Below the pieces are notes generated by a model. It saw only the letters and a program-made list of their open reading frames with translations. It made no database searches and was not told where the DNA came from. Of a stretch of 30,985 nt of DNA, positions 16,164-24,991 are shown in pieces. The stretch comes from an uncultured virus (IMG/VR IMGVR_UViG_3300042276_000826) (taxonomy: Duplodnaviria > Heunggongvirae > Uroviricota > Caudoviricetes). Positions within the stretch are counted from its first letter, which is position 1; each line of letters starts with the position of its first letter. The stretch lies in the IMG/VR virus record IMGVR_UViG_3300042276_000826. One strand, written 5' to 3'. A program made the translations under genes and the position numbers.

Positions 16164-17909
16164 ATGAACAACAGCAAGCTGCTTATAATAAATAATCATC
16201 ATAGTCCAGACGGTGAAATACGATACCCAAGACAACAGGCTCAAGCCAATTTAACGATTAAGAAAAGAATTATTAAAGACAAAAATGGACGTGAAGTCCA
16301 AAGAAGAGTAACAACACCCAATGATGAAAAAATTGCTGATACTTGTACTCAAATTTTCCAAGAGTCCAATTTAGCCAAAGAGTTTGACTATACAGCGTTA
16401 AGAGAAATGGCCCTAACACAATTAGAGGAACGTTTCAATAAATACAACATGATAATCAGTGCAGCAACCAATGACGCTGAACGCTTAGATATTGAAAAAA
16501 GACGTGAAATTGCCATTGCTCAACATATACGCAACCATATTGAAAATAACATTAATCTGAAATTTGAATTTGACTATGACTCTTTTATTGAAATGACGGG
16601 TATAAAATCCGCAAAAAGAGTAGGGGAAGCACTTAGGATATTGTACGAAGCTCAAGGAAAAGCAAGCTATGAATACAAGTTGCCCGAAATCAGTGAAGAT
16701 TTTAAGGAAATTTCTTATGAGCTTGCAAAGGTCTCAACTGTTCCTAAAATTGGATTGGTTTTAGATGAAGAGATGGGGGCAAAATATGAAAACATCATGG
16801 ATTATGCTCAAAGCAATGTTTCAAATAAAAAGAAGCACATAAACGGCATACGTTTTGAATTAAGCAAGGCATATTTAACATCGGTTTTAGGATTAGGTAG
16901 AGATTTTACAGAACTTACACGAAAAGACAGAAATGCGTTTAAATCCTCGTACTCTTTTAGACTTGACACACTTGTTCGCTCAATTGAAAAAGTGCAGCAT
17001 ATAAAAAAGTTCAACTACTACACCATTGATGATATACAAAAAAAGTTTGGAACAAATTTTAAAGAGTATGCAGATTTTAAAGCAAGGGTGCTTAACCCTG
17101 CAATTAAAGACTTAAATGAGTTTACCGATTTAATAGTAGAACTCGTAGAGATAAAAAGTTCAAGGCAAGTGGTGGCCGTAAGTTTTAAAATCGCACGAAA
17201 ATTTAGTATTGATGGGCAAACAAAATTTGGCGTTAATAAAACAGCTTACTATATTGCCTCACGCCTATACTACTTCTCTAACCAAAAAATCAACAATTTA
17301 ATTGGCTTTGCACGTCACATTGAAAAAGAGCTAAAAATACCCTCACTTATACCCATGTATGCAGATAAAGAGGTACAAGAGTGGGAAGATGAAGCAGATT
17401 TGGCGGTTAAAACTGAATTAGAAGTAATTAAAATCATTGATGCAAATATCTCATTTTTTAAAAATAGGGGTCTTTATTATGATGAAAAAAGAATGTGTCT
17501 GATTGAAAAGGTTATGCAAAGCGATGAAAGTTCAGAGTCAAAAGAACCCAAAGAGGTTATTAAAATCATCAAAAAAGCCGATTATAAAATCACTGACCCA
17601 ATGACATCATTAAGATACATAAGAGAACTGATTGAAAACGAAGAGATTACCGAATTTTCAATCATTGATTTTATTCCATTTAAAGTGGCATGTTTAGAAA
17701 AAGGGTGGCTAAATATTGATACCATACATGAGTACCTGGTGAACAAACAAACCATTATCAAAGCCGTATTAAATAAAAACAGCGACTATTTCAGATTTGA
17801 TAATCCCATTATCAAAGAGTCCTTTGTCAACCACATGGCAAGAGAAACATTTAAAGAGCTGCACGATGAGTACCGACAAAGCATTGTCAATCTCACAAAG
17901 AACTCTTAG
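16164..17909 (+). CDS. rep: Plasmid replication initiator, Rep_3/RepB family, with long extensions (581 aa)
   Basis: SSYSFRL..YTIDDIQ..YADFKARVLNPAIKDLNEFTDL..RQVVAVSFKI; AAGGA RBS before ATG 16164; adjacent iterons. Confidence 0.88.
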   Translation: MNNSKLLIINNHHSPDGEIRYPRQQAQANLTIKKRIIKDKNGREVQRRVTTPNDEKIADTCTQIFQESNLAKEFDYTALREMALTQLEERFNKYNMIISAATNDAERLDIEKRREIAIAQHIRNHIENNINLKFEFDYDSFIEMTGIKSAKRVGEALRILYEAQGKASYEYKLPEISEDFKEISYELAKVSTVPKIGLVLDEEMGAKYENIMDYAQSNVSNKKKHINGIRFELSKAYLTSVLGLGRDFTELTRKDRNAFKSSYSFRLDTLVRSIEKVQHIKKFNYYTIDDIQKKFGTNFKEYADFKARVLNPAIKDLNEFTDLIVELVEIKSSRQVVAVSFKIARKFSIDGQTKFGVNKTAYYIASRLYYFSNQKINNLIGFARHIEKELKIPSLIPMYADKEVQEWEDEADLAVKTELEVIKIIDANISFFKNRGLYYDEKRMCLIEKVMQSDESSESKEPKEVIKIIKKADYKITDPMTSLRYIRELIENEEITEFSIIDFIPFKVACLEKGWLNIDTIHEYLVNKQTIIKAVLNKNSDYFRFDNPIIKESFVNHMARETFKELHDEYRQSIVNLTKNS

Positions 17910-17916
17910 TTTATGT

Positions 17917-18281
17917 TACCATATTTTACTTTTATAATATGACACTATTTAAAACATCACCACCTCATCAACCTCCAATTCAAGGGGCATCTTCTCCTCT
18001 TGTTTTGAGTTTCACTTCTCAATCAAAATTTTCAAAATTTGCAATCTCAACCCCTTTGCTCAAAACAGTTTTGCGGTGGTCTCCAAAGGGGGAACGTGCC
18101 CAAAACGACTCTTTTGTTGTAACAGCTTTTCCTTTGCCAATTTTGGGAGTTTTGGGAATTTTTCAAATTTTGTTTCGTGGGTGTGCGGTGGAATTTTTGG
18201 GAATTTGCAAATTGGGAAAAAGGGGGAGTTTGTAGTAAAAGGGTGGGTAAGAGTGTCATATTATAAATAAATAATATGGTA
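17917..18281. repeat. 30-bp inverted repeats (17917-17946, 18252-18281; 26/30) flanking a strand-skewed non-coding segment
   Basis: TACCATATTTTACTTTTATAATATGACACT versus reverse complement TACCATATTATTTATTTATAATATGACACT. Confidence 0.75.
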
Positions 18282-18308
18282 GTTTTAATACACGGGGGTT
18301 TTAATTTA

Positions 18309-18334
18309 AAAGCCCACCAACCAAAGTGGGCTTT
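18309..18334. terminator. Probable bidirectional intrinsic terminator at the dinG stop
   Basis: AAAGCCCAC-CAACCAAA-GTGGGCTTT. Confidence 0.7.
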
Positions 18335-20789
18335 ATTTTAGTGAAGCAAAAATATCCTGGGCGGTTTGTGTTAAATCTTCTGGGTTGAAATATTGGTTGC
18401 TTGTAATTTGTTGCTCAATATTTATGCCTTTTTGTTTCATCCCCTCACTGTAAATTTTAAGCAACAATATCCAGATATTTTTAAAACGTTTGCTTTTAAG
18501 AAGCTCATTAAAATACTCTTGTGTCATAATGCTCTCGATGTTGATATTTTCATTAAGAATTATATTGGCTGCATCTGTAAGGGCTTGATACTCTTTTGTA
18601 TTGTCAATTTCAAACAGTTCTTTAATCTCACGGTCACTTTTATCAATTAAATAGCTAAAAAACAGCGTGTACAGTGCCGTATGGAATTTAAAACCACTCT
18701 TGCCTAATAATCCTTTTTTATATTTACTGTTAAGCAGTGCATAATCGACTTGTGTCGCTTTTTTGTCTAAGATTTTTTGGAATATTAGGTTTTTAGGTTT
18801 TTTAATTCGCCCATCAAGGATATATAATACAGCTTTATCGTTATAGTCTCGTATGGGTCGCCCAATGCCTTGAGTAAACTTAACAATCACTTCATTAAGA
18901 TAGCTTTCGCTTTTTGTGATCCCTATTCCTTTAACAATATCTTTTCCAATTCGTCCTTTGGGGGGCAAGAATGGGATTTTAGCTAAGAACATCTCATGCA
19001 GATATTTCCCTGCTAAATCTAATCCTGTGTAATACTGTTCTGTTCCAACAATGCAGCAAAGCTCTCCTTTGTCAACACTTTTTTTATAAACATCAATAAG
19101 CCGTGCCATTGATACCCCTTCTGTTGCAATAAAGACTCGCATATCCTCTCTTAAAGCTTGTAGTTTTTTCCCTATTGCTTGTGCATCCTCATAGCTTGTA
19201 CTTAAAACCAAAGCGTTGTATTGAATAGTGTTGGCAACAAATACAGCAATATTGGCTCTCCATTGTTTCATTTTTGCCTCATACTCCTTATCTCCCAATA
19301 AAGGTACAGTTAGTGCACTGTTATTGACAATGGTGTATAAAAAGTTCTCTTTTTCAAATAAAGAGTGGAACGTCTTAAACTGCATGTTTTCAATTCGACT
19401 GTTTAATAATCTATTTTTTGCAATCAAGGCCTCTTTTGCATCTTCGCTTAACTCTTTATTGTTTGCAATGAACTCATTAAAAGCCTCTTGTTCTGACGAA
19501 AACAGTCCGTTTCTACGAACACACCAATTAAAAGCCTCTTTGGTTGTTGAATTGCTTGTTCTTAGCGTTCCACTTAGGCAAAGTATCTTTGAGGTATTTC
19601 TTGCCCATAATGTTTTTTTAATCTCATACGTAGGGTAGCTGTTGGTTAATTCAATTCGGGGATAACCTTTGGGCGAAAAGCTTACCCTTATAAAACGTGC
19701 GTGTCTAAAACTAATAAGATTAAGTTCATTGAGTTCATTTTTTGTAAAACGGATATACTTCTCAAGCTCGCTGTCTTTTGTGATGTTTTCTATTTTAGTT
19801 AACTTTTCAGAGGTTTTAGAAAGATTTGTCATGTGTTGTAGTTCAATTTTAAAACTGCTTAATGCACTCAAAGCTCTCTCTTTATCATTTTCACCCAACA
19901 ACTGCTTTTGATACTTTAGAACAAGGTTTAATATGTTTTTGAGCCGTTTAATGTGTGTAAGGTTGTTATCTTCTTCAATGTGCTTTAAAATTCCTTCAAT
20001 AGAGTATTTGAGTCGAAACAAAGAAAAGCTTTTGGTTAAAACTGTTTTTGCAGCATCAAACAGCGTGTGAAACTCGTCAAAAATAATAGGGGTGTTAAAC
20101 AGCAGCTCTTTGTTTGTTATGTTGAGGTTCTTCATATTGCCCAATAATCTATAAATGATAAATAAATAGGCGTGGTTCATTACAATTATTTTATTATCTT
20201 GAAGTGCCTCAAAGATTGTGTCAAGCTGTTTTGGATTGATACTTGAGTCAATATCTTGTGCAAAAGAGGCATATTTTTTTAAATCTTCTTCTGGAATGCT
20301 CATGTCTTTAATAAAATCATCCAATAAAACATTATTTCTTAAAAGCTCTTTGTCCTTGTCCTTGTCCTTGTCAATCCCATTTTTACTTAAGACTCCATAC
20401 TTATCTAAGATAATCTCTTTATTGATGTTGGTCTCTTCAAATAAAGAGGGGGTTTTTTCAATGGTTTCAACAAGTAAATCTAAATCAATATAGTTGCTTT
20501 TACCTATTTCAACAACCAAACTCTCTTTTGTAATATCCTCAAATTTATCAAGATTCTCAATAAATTTGCTTTTAATTTCAAGGGCGTTTTTATTGGTATT
20601 GGTGGTAATAATCACGCTACGCCCATATTTATTACGATGTTCAAGTGCAGCTTTTAAAGCAATGTGTGTTTTACCGCTGCCTGTAGGTGATTCAATAACG
20701 GTAATTTGTTCATCGTTTGATTTTAAGAAAATATTGACAGCTTCTTGCTGATTTTTTTCTCTTGACTGTTTAAACTTTTCATAGCTCAT
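18333..20789 (-). CDS. dinG: CRISPR type IV-associated DinG helicase (CasDinG/Csf4)
   Basis: SPTGSGKT, MNHAYL, DEFH, LSGT, LSTSY, TGLDL, KIPF, QGIGRPIR..ILDGR; no Fe-S Cys cluster; adjacent to csf genes. Confidence 0.9.
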   Translation of the reverse strand: MSYEKFKQSREKNQQEAVNIFLKSNDEQITVIESPTGSGKTHIALKAALEHRNKYGRSVIITTNTNKNALEIKSKFIENLDKFEDITKESLVVEIGKSNYIDLDLLVETIEKTPSLFEETNINKEIILDKYGVLSKNGIDKDKDKDKELLRNNVLLDDFIKDMSIPEEDLKKYASFAQDIDSSINPKQLDTIFEALQDNKIIVMNHAYLFIIYRLLGNMKNLNITNKELLFNTPIIFDEFHTLFDAAKTVLTKSFSLFRLKYSIEGILKHIEEDNNLTHIKRLKNILNLVLKYQKQLLGENDKERALSALSSFKIELQHMTNLSKTSEKLTKIENITKDSELEKYIRFTKNELNELNLISFRHARFIRVSFSPKGYPRIELTNSYPTYEIKKTLWARNTSKILCLSGTLRTSNSTTKEAFNWCVRRNGLFSSEQEAFNEFIANNKELSEDAKEALIAKNRLLNSRIENMQFKTFHSLFEKENFLYTIVNNSALTVPLLGDKEYEAKMKQWRANIAVFVANTIQYNALVLSTSYEDAQAIGKKLQALREDMRVFIATEGVSMARLIDVYKKSVDKGELCCIVGTEQYYTGLDLAGKYLHEMFLAKIPFLPPKGRIGKDIVKGIGITKSESYLNEVIVKFTQGIGRPIRDYNDKAVLYILDGRIKKPKNLIFQKILDKKATQVDYALLNSKYKKGLLGKSGFKFHTALYTLFFSYLIDKSDREIKELFEIDNTKEYQALTDAANIILNENINIESIMTQEYFNELLKSKRFKNIWILLLKIYSEGMKQKGINIEQQITSNQYFNPEDLTQTAQDIFASLK

Positions 20790-20816
20790 TAACTACTCCT
20801 TATATATATAGGGCAA

Positions 20817-20909
20817 ATTATACAATATTTTGTTTTTTTTGTCAATTATATATTTTCTTATAAATATTAATAAAAAAATATTGACATTAATTTTTATTTA
20901 TGTTAATAT
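20817..20909. promoter_or_regulatory. Divergent sigma70 promoters for dinG and the cas6-csf operon
   Basis: - strand TTGACA-17-TATAAT (20845 to 20817); + strand TTGACA(20881)-17-TAATAT(20904) with TGn. Confidence 0.7.
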
Positions 20910-20940
20910 TTCGTCATAAAACAAAAAAAAAGGGGTCAAA

Positions 20941-21735
20941 ATGATAAGTTGCCTAGTCATTCAATTAGACAAAATGCTGCCCATAAACAATTCAGATATT
21001 GACAAAATTGTGTTAGTAGAAGATGTAAGGGATAATATTATTAAAATGTGCGACAATGAAAGCGATGAGCTTTACAGTCTCATTAACAATCAACACCACT
21101 CTTTACCGCATGTAGTTTATGCAAAGCCTTATGAGGACACCATTAAAATTTATGGTTTGGGAGATAAAGGGCTAAATGCTATCAATGCTATTTTTAAAAA
21201 TGTTGTAATGAAGCGGACGTTTAAAATCAAAAATGAGATATACACCATAAAAGGTATTCCAACGGTTGAAGGCGATATTGATTTCTTGCCATATAATAAT
21301 GGAAGAGAAAACACTTACACAACCATTACTCCTATTAATGTGTTTAATAAATTCAACCATAAGGTGTTTAAGGCGATTTTATACAAACACTTTAAAGATG
21401 GAAATTTTAATCTTGAGCAAAAAGAGCAAGTAAAAACATTTAACGAAGAGATTGGAACGTATGCAAGTGAGCAAATTAAAGATTATATTGCCTACTTACT
21501 TTCAAAAGTTCTCAAAAAAGACAAAGCCTATTTTGAATTTGTCTCTAAAATCGAAATTAAGTGGGAAGACATTAGGCTCATTCATGGAAAGTATCACAGT
21601 GAGGAAAAAAGAATGCCTATGATTATTGGAAAGTTTAGAACCAATTTTGTGTTGCCAAAATTTGTGGGATATAAAATAGGAAAAGGCTTTGGTGAACTTT
21701 CTTTAAAAACAAACAGTGTTCTTAGAAGGGGTTAA
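20941..21735 (+). CDS. cas6: Cas6-family crRNA endonuclease (Csf5/Cas6b-like)
   Basis: C-terminal FRTNFVLPKFVGYKIGKGFGEL G-rich loop; YTTITP; position in the locus. Confidence 0.82.
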   Translation: MISCLVIQLDKMLPINNSDIDKIVLVEDVRDNIIKMCDNESDELYSLINNQHHSLPHVVYAKPYEDTIKIYGLGDKGLNAINAIFKNVVMKRTFKIKNEIYTIKGIPTVEGDIDFLPYNNGRENTYTTITPINVFNKFNHKVFKAILYKHFKDGNFNLEQKEQVKTFNEEIGTYASEQIKDYIAYLLSKVLKKDKAYFEFVSKIEIKWEDIRLIHGKYHSEEKRMPMIIGKFRTNFVLPKFVGYKIGKGFGELSLKTNSVLRRG

Positions 21736-21736
21736 G

Positions 21737-22390
21737 ATGGAATTTACAAACTTAAAAATTGAAATATTCTTAGAAAACAGTGTTGCGATGCAAAAAAACA
21801 AAGCAGCGTTTGACTCAATTTTGGCAATGCTTTATTTCAATGATCAAAAAAACAAGGGCACATTTAATGGTGACTATGAACAACATTTAGATTTCCTAGA
21901 CATGACAGATGGGGTATATCATACATCATATCCTATTTTTAATGGTGTAAAATATTATGACAAAGAGAAGTTGATTAAAAAATTCGACCATGAGATGTAT
22001 GCAAAATATGGAGAAATCACTTCTAAAAATGGAAAAGCAAGAGGTGTTGTAGATACAACTACAGCCAAGTATAAAAATGAGTTTTACAGCATCGAGAGAA
22101 TTGGTGTTACGTGCATTACTTACTATGTAAGAGGCAATCAAGAAGTAATTGAAAGATTACTAAAGAAGTTGCAATTTATTGGCAAGAAATCATCATTGGG
22201 CTGGGGAAAAGTAAAATATATCACAATAGAAGAGATAAAAACAGACTGTTCAATCTTCAAAGATAATAAGCTTATGAGAAATATTCGCCTTAACAATGCT
22301 TTTGGTTATAAAGCCGATAAGGTTAAGTTGTCAAGATTGACTCATCCATATTGGAGTAAAACTGATTTAGTGGAATGTTTAGTTCCATGA
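21737..22390 (+). CDS. csf3: Type IV Cas5-group subunit Csf3
   Basis: FDSILA, YVRGN..IERLL..L.FIGKKSSLGWGKV, MRNI, HPYW. Confidence 0.88.
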   Translation: MEFTNLKIEIFLENSVAMQKNKAAFDSILAMLYFNDQKNKGTFNGDYEQHLDFLDMTDGVYHTSYPIFNGVKYYDKEKLIKKFDHEMYAKYGEITSKNGKARGVVDTTTAKYKNEFYSIERIGVTCITYYVRGNQEVIERLLKKLQFIGKKSSLGWGKVKYITIEEIKTDCSIFKDNKLMRNIRLNNAFGYKADKVKLSRLTHPYWSKTDLVECLVP

Positions 22391-22585
22391 GACTTGTTTT
22401 TAAATATTGTGCGTATATTCCTTATGAGAATAGTTCATAAGCACCTCTATTAAGCTTCTTGTAAGCAAGAAGATTATTGATATTTTGAGCTTTCCGATGA
22501 AAGCGTGTTCTTTTAAAAGCTATTGTTAAGTTTATTAAAAAATAAAAATTTTCTTCAAAATGCCTTTTTGTGGTGTTTTTGAAGA
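22391..22585 (+). promoter_or_regulatory. CRISPR leader (AT-rich, with several hairpins)
   Basis: Non-coding, lies at the intact-repeat end of the array. Confidence 0.65.
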
Positions 22586-22870
22586 GTATTAAACCTTATT
22601 GTAGAGATTGGAATGGAATCAAGACCTTGCTCGTGAGCAGTTGGTAGAAGTATTAAACCTTATTGTAGAGATTGGAATTTTGTATTATTGCCTATTGTCG
22701 CAATTTTAAATCTGTATTAAACCTTATTATAGAGATTGGAATATAAAATCGTGTTTCGTATATCTTCATTTTCAATTGTATTAAACCTTATTATAGAGAT
22801 TGGAATCTGAATGTACCGAGCAATTTTACGAAAACTAAAGTGTATTAAACCTTACTATAGAGATTGAAAA
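22586..22870 (+). CRISPR. CRISPR array: five 29-bp repeats, four 35-bp spacers, plus a degenerate sixth repeat at 22893-22921
   Basis: GTATTAAACCTTATT(G/A)TAGAGATTGGAAT at 22586, 22650, 22714, 22778, 22842 (degenerate); 64-bp period. Confidence 0.96.
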
Positions 22871-22935
22871 TTAATGTTTATGCAAACATATTATATTAAA
22901 CCTCATTAAAGAGCTATCAAAAAGAAAGGAAAAAC

Positions 22936-23826
22936 ATGAGCATAAATACACAAAAAATGATTTGTGAAGCCTTTGAGTACCAAAAACCCTTTGCGGTTGA
23001 TGTATTGGTTTCAAGCGTAAAAGATGCAAAAGTCATTGAGTTGGTTGACAACAACACTGAAACGTGTGCCATGTGTGGACAAGTGCATCCAGTTGGCTAT
23101 AGGTCAAAAAACGGTGCTGCAAGTTTGCTTAAGGCAATGATTTCAGATACTTACAATGAATGCTACTCTTTGAGTATAAGCAACTTTATTTGTGAGTATT
23201 GTGGCTACAGCTTCAAAGCATACGGAAGCCCTAGTAAAATGAAGGGGTATGGAAAAAAGATGATAAATGTTCTTATCCATGAGGGGAAAGCTATAGAGAA
23301 AAACTTTAACTCTAATGATAAGAATGAATTGTATCAAATTCTTCTTGCCCCTCCAAAGCCCCCGTTTGTAGTTTTGATTAACTCAAGGGGAACGGTTTTG
23401 GAAAATTTGGTTTTTACTGCCAAAGCTACCATTTCAAAAGAGTTAATTGTTGTTAATTATGGATTAAATAACTTAGAAGTTAATCCAAAAGAGGTTTTTG
23501 CTGCGATTGAAGATGCGAAAATTATCGCCAATGAGTATGGCATTGAGGTAGGTTCTGACACAATTTGGAATAGAGCCGATAATGTATCTATCAAGGTCAA
23601 GCGAAAAACAAAAAAAGGCATGATTGATTTGAATGCTTTTTATGATGATATGGGGTTGTTTATCGAAAAATACAATAGAGATTGCAGGCTAGTTGGGAAA
23701 ATGGTTTTAGCAGCATACCTCAAAGACAATCCTATGTCTAAAACAAAAACAAGTGCAAAAGGTGACACCTTGATAAAAGAGGTTTCTAACAATACTACAA
23801 GCCAAACAAGCTTGTTTGATTTTTAA
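22936..23826 (+). CDS. csf1: Type IV large subunit Csf1 (Cas8-like)
   Basis: Zinc finger CAMCG..ICEYCG; LLAPPKPPFVVL..ENLVFTAKATIS. Confidence 0.88.
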   Translation: MSINTQKMICEAFEYQKPFAVDVLVSSVKDAKVIELVDNNTETCAMCGQVHPVGYRSKNGAASLLKAMISDTYNECYSLSISNFICEYCGYSFKAYGSPSKMKGYGKKMINVLIHEGKAIEKNFNSNDKNELYQILLAPPKPPFVVLINSRGTVLENLVFTAKATISKELIVVNYGLNNLEVNPKEVFAAIEDAKIIANEYGIEVGSDTIWNRADNVSIKVKRKTKKGMIDLNAFYDDMGLFIEKYNRDCRLVGKMVLAAYLKDNPMSKTKTSAKGDTLIKEVSNNTTSQTSLFDF

Positions 23827-23846
23827 ATTTAAAAAAAGGATATAAA

Positions 23847-24926
23847 ATGTCAAGAATTATTAATACAACAGGTGCGGATTTCTTAATTGATGTAACCACA
23901 GTTACTCCTATGTTGCAAATTGAGCCAACAGACAGTAAAAACAAAGACACATTAACAAAAGCCTCTAAGGTCATAACAAAGAAAAGAAAATATGTGACTG
24001 AAAATGGTAATGTTGTTGACGTACCTTTCTTTAGTGCCAACGGCTATAGAGGGATTTTAAGACGAAATCTAGCAAGTGCAATATTTGGTGAAATTGAGAA
24101 AAAAGATGGGGGGAAATTTGGGTTAAACTCTATTCATTTATATGCAAGTGGTGGCGGAACTTCTAATGATGGTATTAAAGGGCTTAACTATGTTGATAAA
24201 ATTAATCTAAGAGAAGATAATCCATTTATCTCTTGTTTTGGTGCAGGCTTGAGTGATATTGACGGAAAACTATCTGTTTCTGATATTACCCCTTTAAACA
24301 AAGATGCAAGACATATTGGACACCAATTTGCTGTAAGATTTGATGAGTCATTAAGAAGCTCTGTATTATCTCCTTTGCTTGATGCTGAAAGTGTAGAAAA
24401 ACATGCAGAAGAGATGTTAAAATTAAAAGCTGCTACAAAATCATTGCAAAAGCTTGAAGAAAAGCTATCAAAGCTTAAAAAAGAGCTAAGTGAAAATCCA
24501 GATGATGCTGATTTAATTGAGGAAATCAATCAGTTGGAAATTGATATTGTAGCTGAAAAAGAAGCAAAAAATATGTCTTATCAACAAACTTACAAAGCGG
24601 AGTATATTTTACCAAACACAAAAATGAGTTCAAGCATTGGCACAAGAGCGGGTTACGAATTAACCGAACTTGAAAGAGCTATGATGTTGTTTGGATTAAT
24701 TCAAACATCTCAACAATCAATTGGTTCATACAGTCGAATTGGTTGGGGTACAAATAAATGGGAAGTTAAAAACAGCGAGGGTGAAACATTGTTTAGAACT
24801 GTTCCTAATGGAAAATATGTACTGCAAAAAGAGACTGAAATTACTGAACTTGGGAAAGCGATGTTGAAGCCTTTTGAAGAGTGGTTGGAAAATGTTACAA
24901 GAGAATCAATCTTTTTAATGGATTAA
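23847..24926 (+). CDS. csf2: Type IV backbone subunit Csf2 (Cas7)
   Basis: VPFFSANGYRGILRR, SGG, NPFISCFG, GKLSVSD, IGSYSRIGWG. Confidence 0.92.
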   Translation: MSRIINTTGADFLIDVTTVTPMLQIEPTDSKNKDTLTKASKVITKKRKYVTENGNVVDVPFFSANGYRGILRRNLASAIFGEIEKKDGGKFGLNSIHLYASGGGTSNDGIKGLNYVDKINLREDNPFISCFGAGLSDIDGKLSVSDITPLNKDARHIGHQFAVRFDESLRSSVLSPLLDAESVEKHAEEMLKLKAATKSLQKLEEKLSKLKKELSENPDDADLIEEINQLEIDIVAEKEAKNMSYQQTYKAEYILPNTKMSSSIGTRAGYELTELERAMMLFGLIQTSQQSIGSYSRIGWGTNKWEVKNSEGETLFRTVPNGKYVLQKETEITELGKAMLKPFEEWLENVTRESIFLMD

Positions 24927-24955
24927 TTTTGTTTACTGTTGGTGATTTAAACGGA

Positions 24956-24991
24956 TTGATACTCCACCCCATAAATGAGGTGGAGTATCAA
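24956..24991. other. Strong stem-loop downstream of csf2
   Basis: TTGATACTCCACC-N10-GGTGGAGTATCAA (13-bp perfect stem); no T-tract on the + strand. Confidence 0.7.

Noticed and set aside
17939..18270. Three overlapping ORFs in the post-rep region
   Set aside because: No RBS, low-complexity translations produced by the strand skew; better explained as non-coding
20350..20372. (TTGTCC)n microsatellite in dinG as a phase-variation tract
   Set aside because: The 6-bp unit keeps the frame (DKDKDK); it can only alter loop length
22615..22841. Self-targeting by spacers (short hits near 11770, 17631, 26486 and in the iterons)
   Set aside because: Only 7-13 nt matches in AT-rich DNA, expected by chance; the search was by eye and not exhaustive
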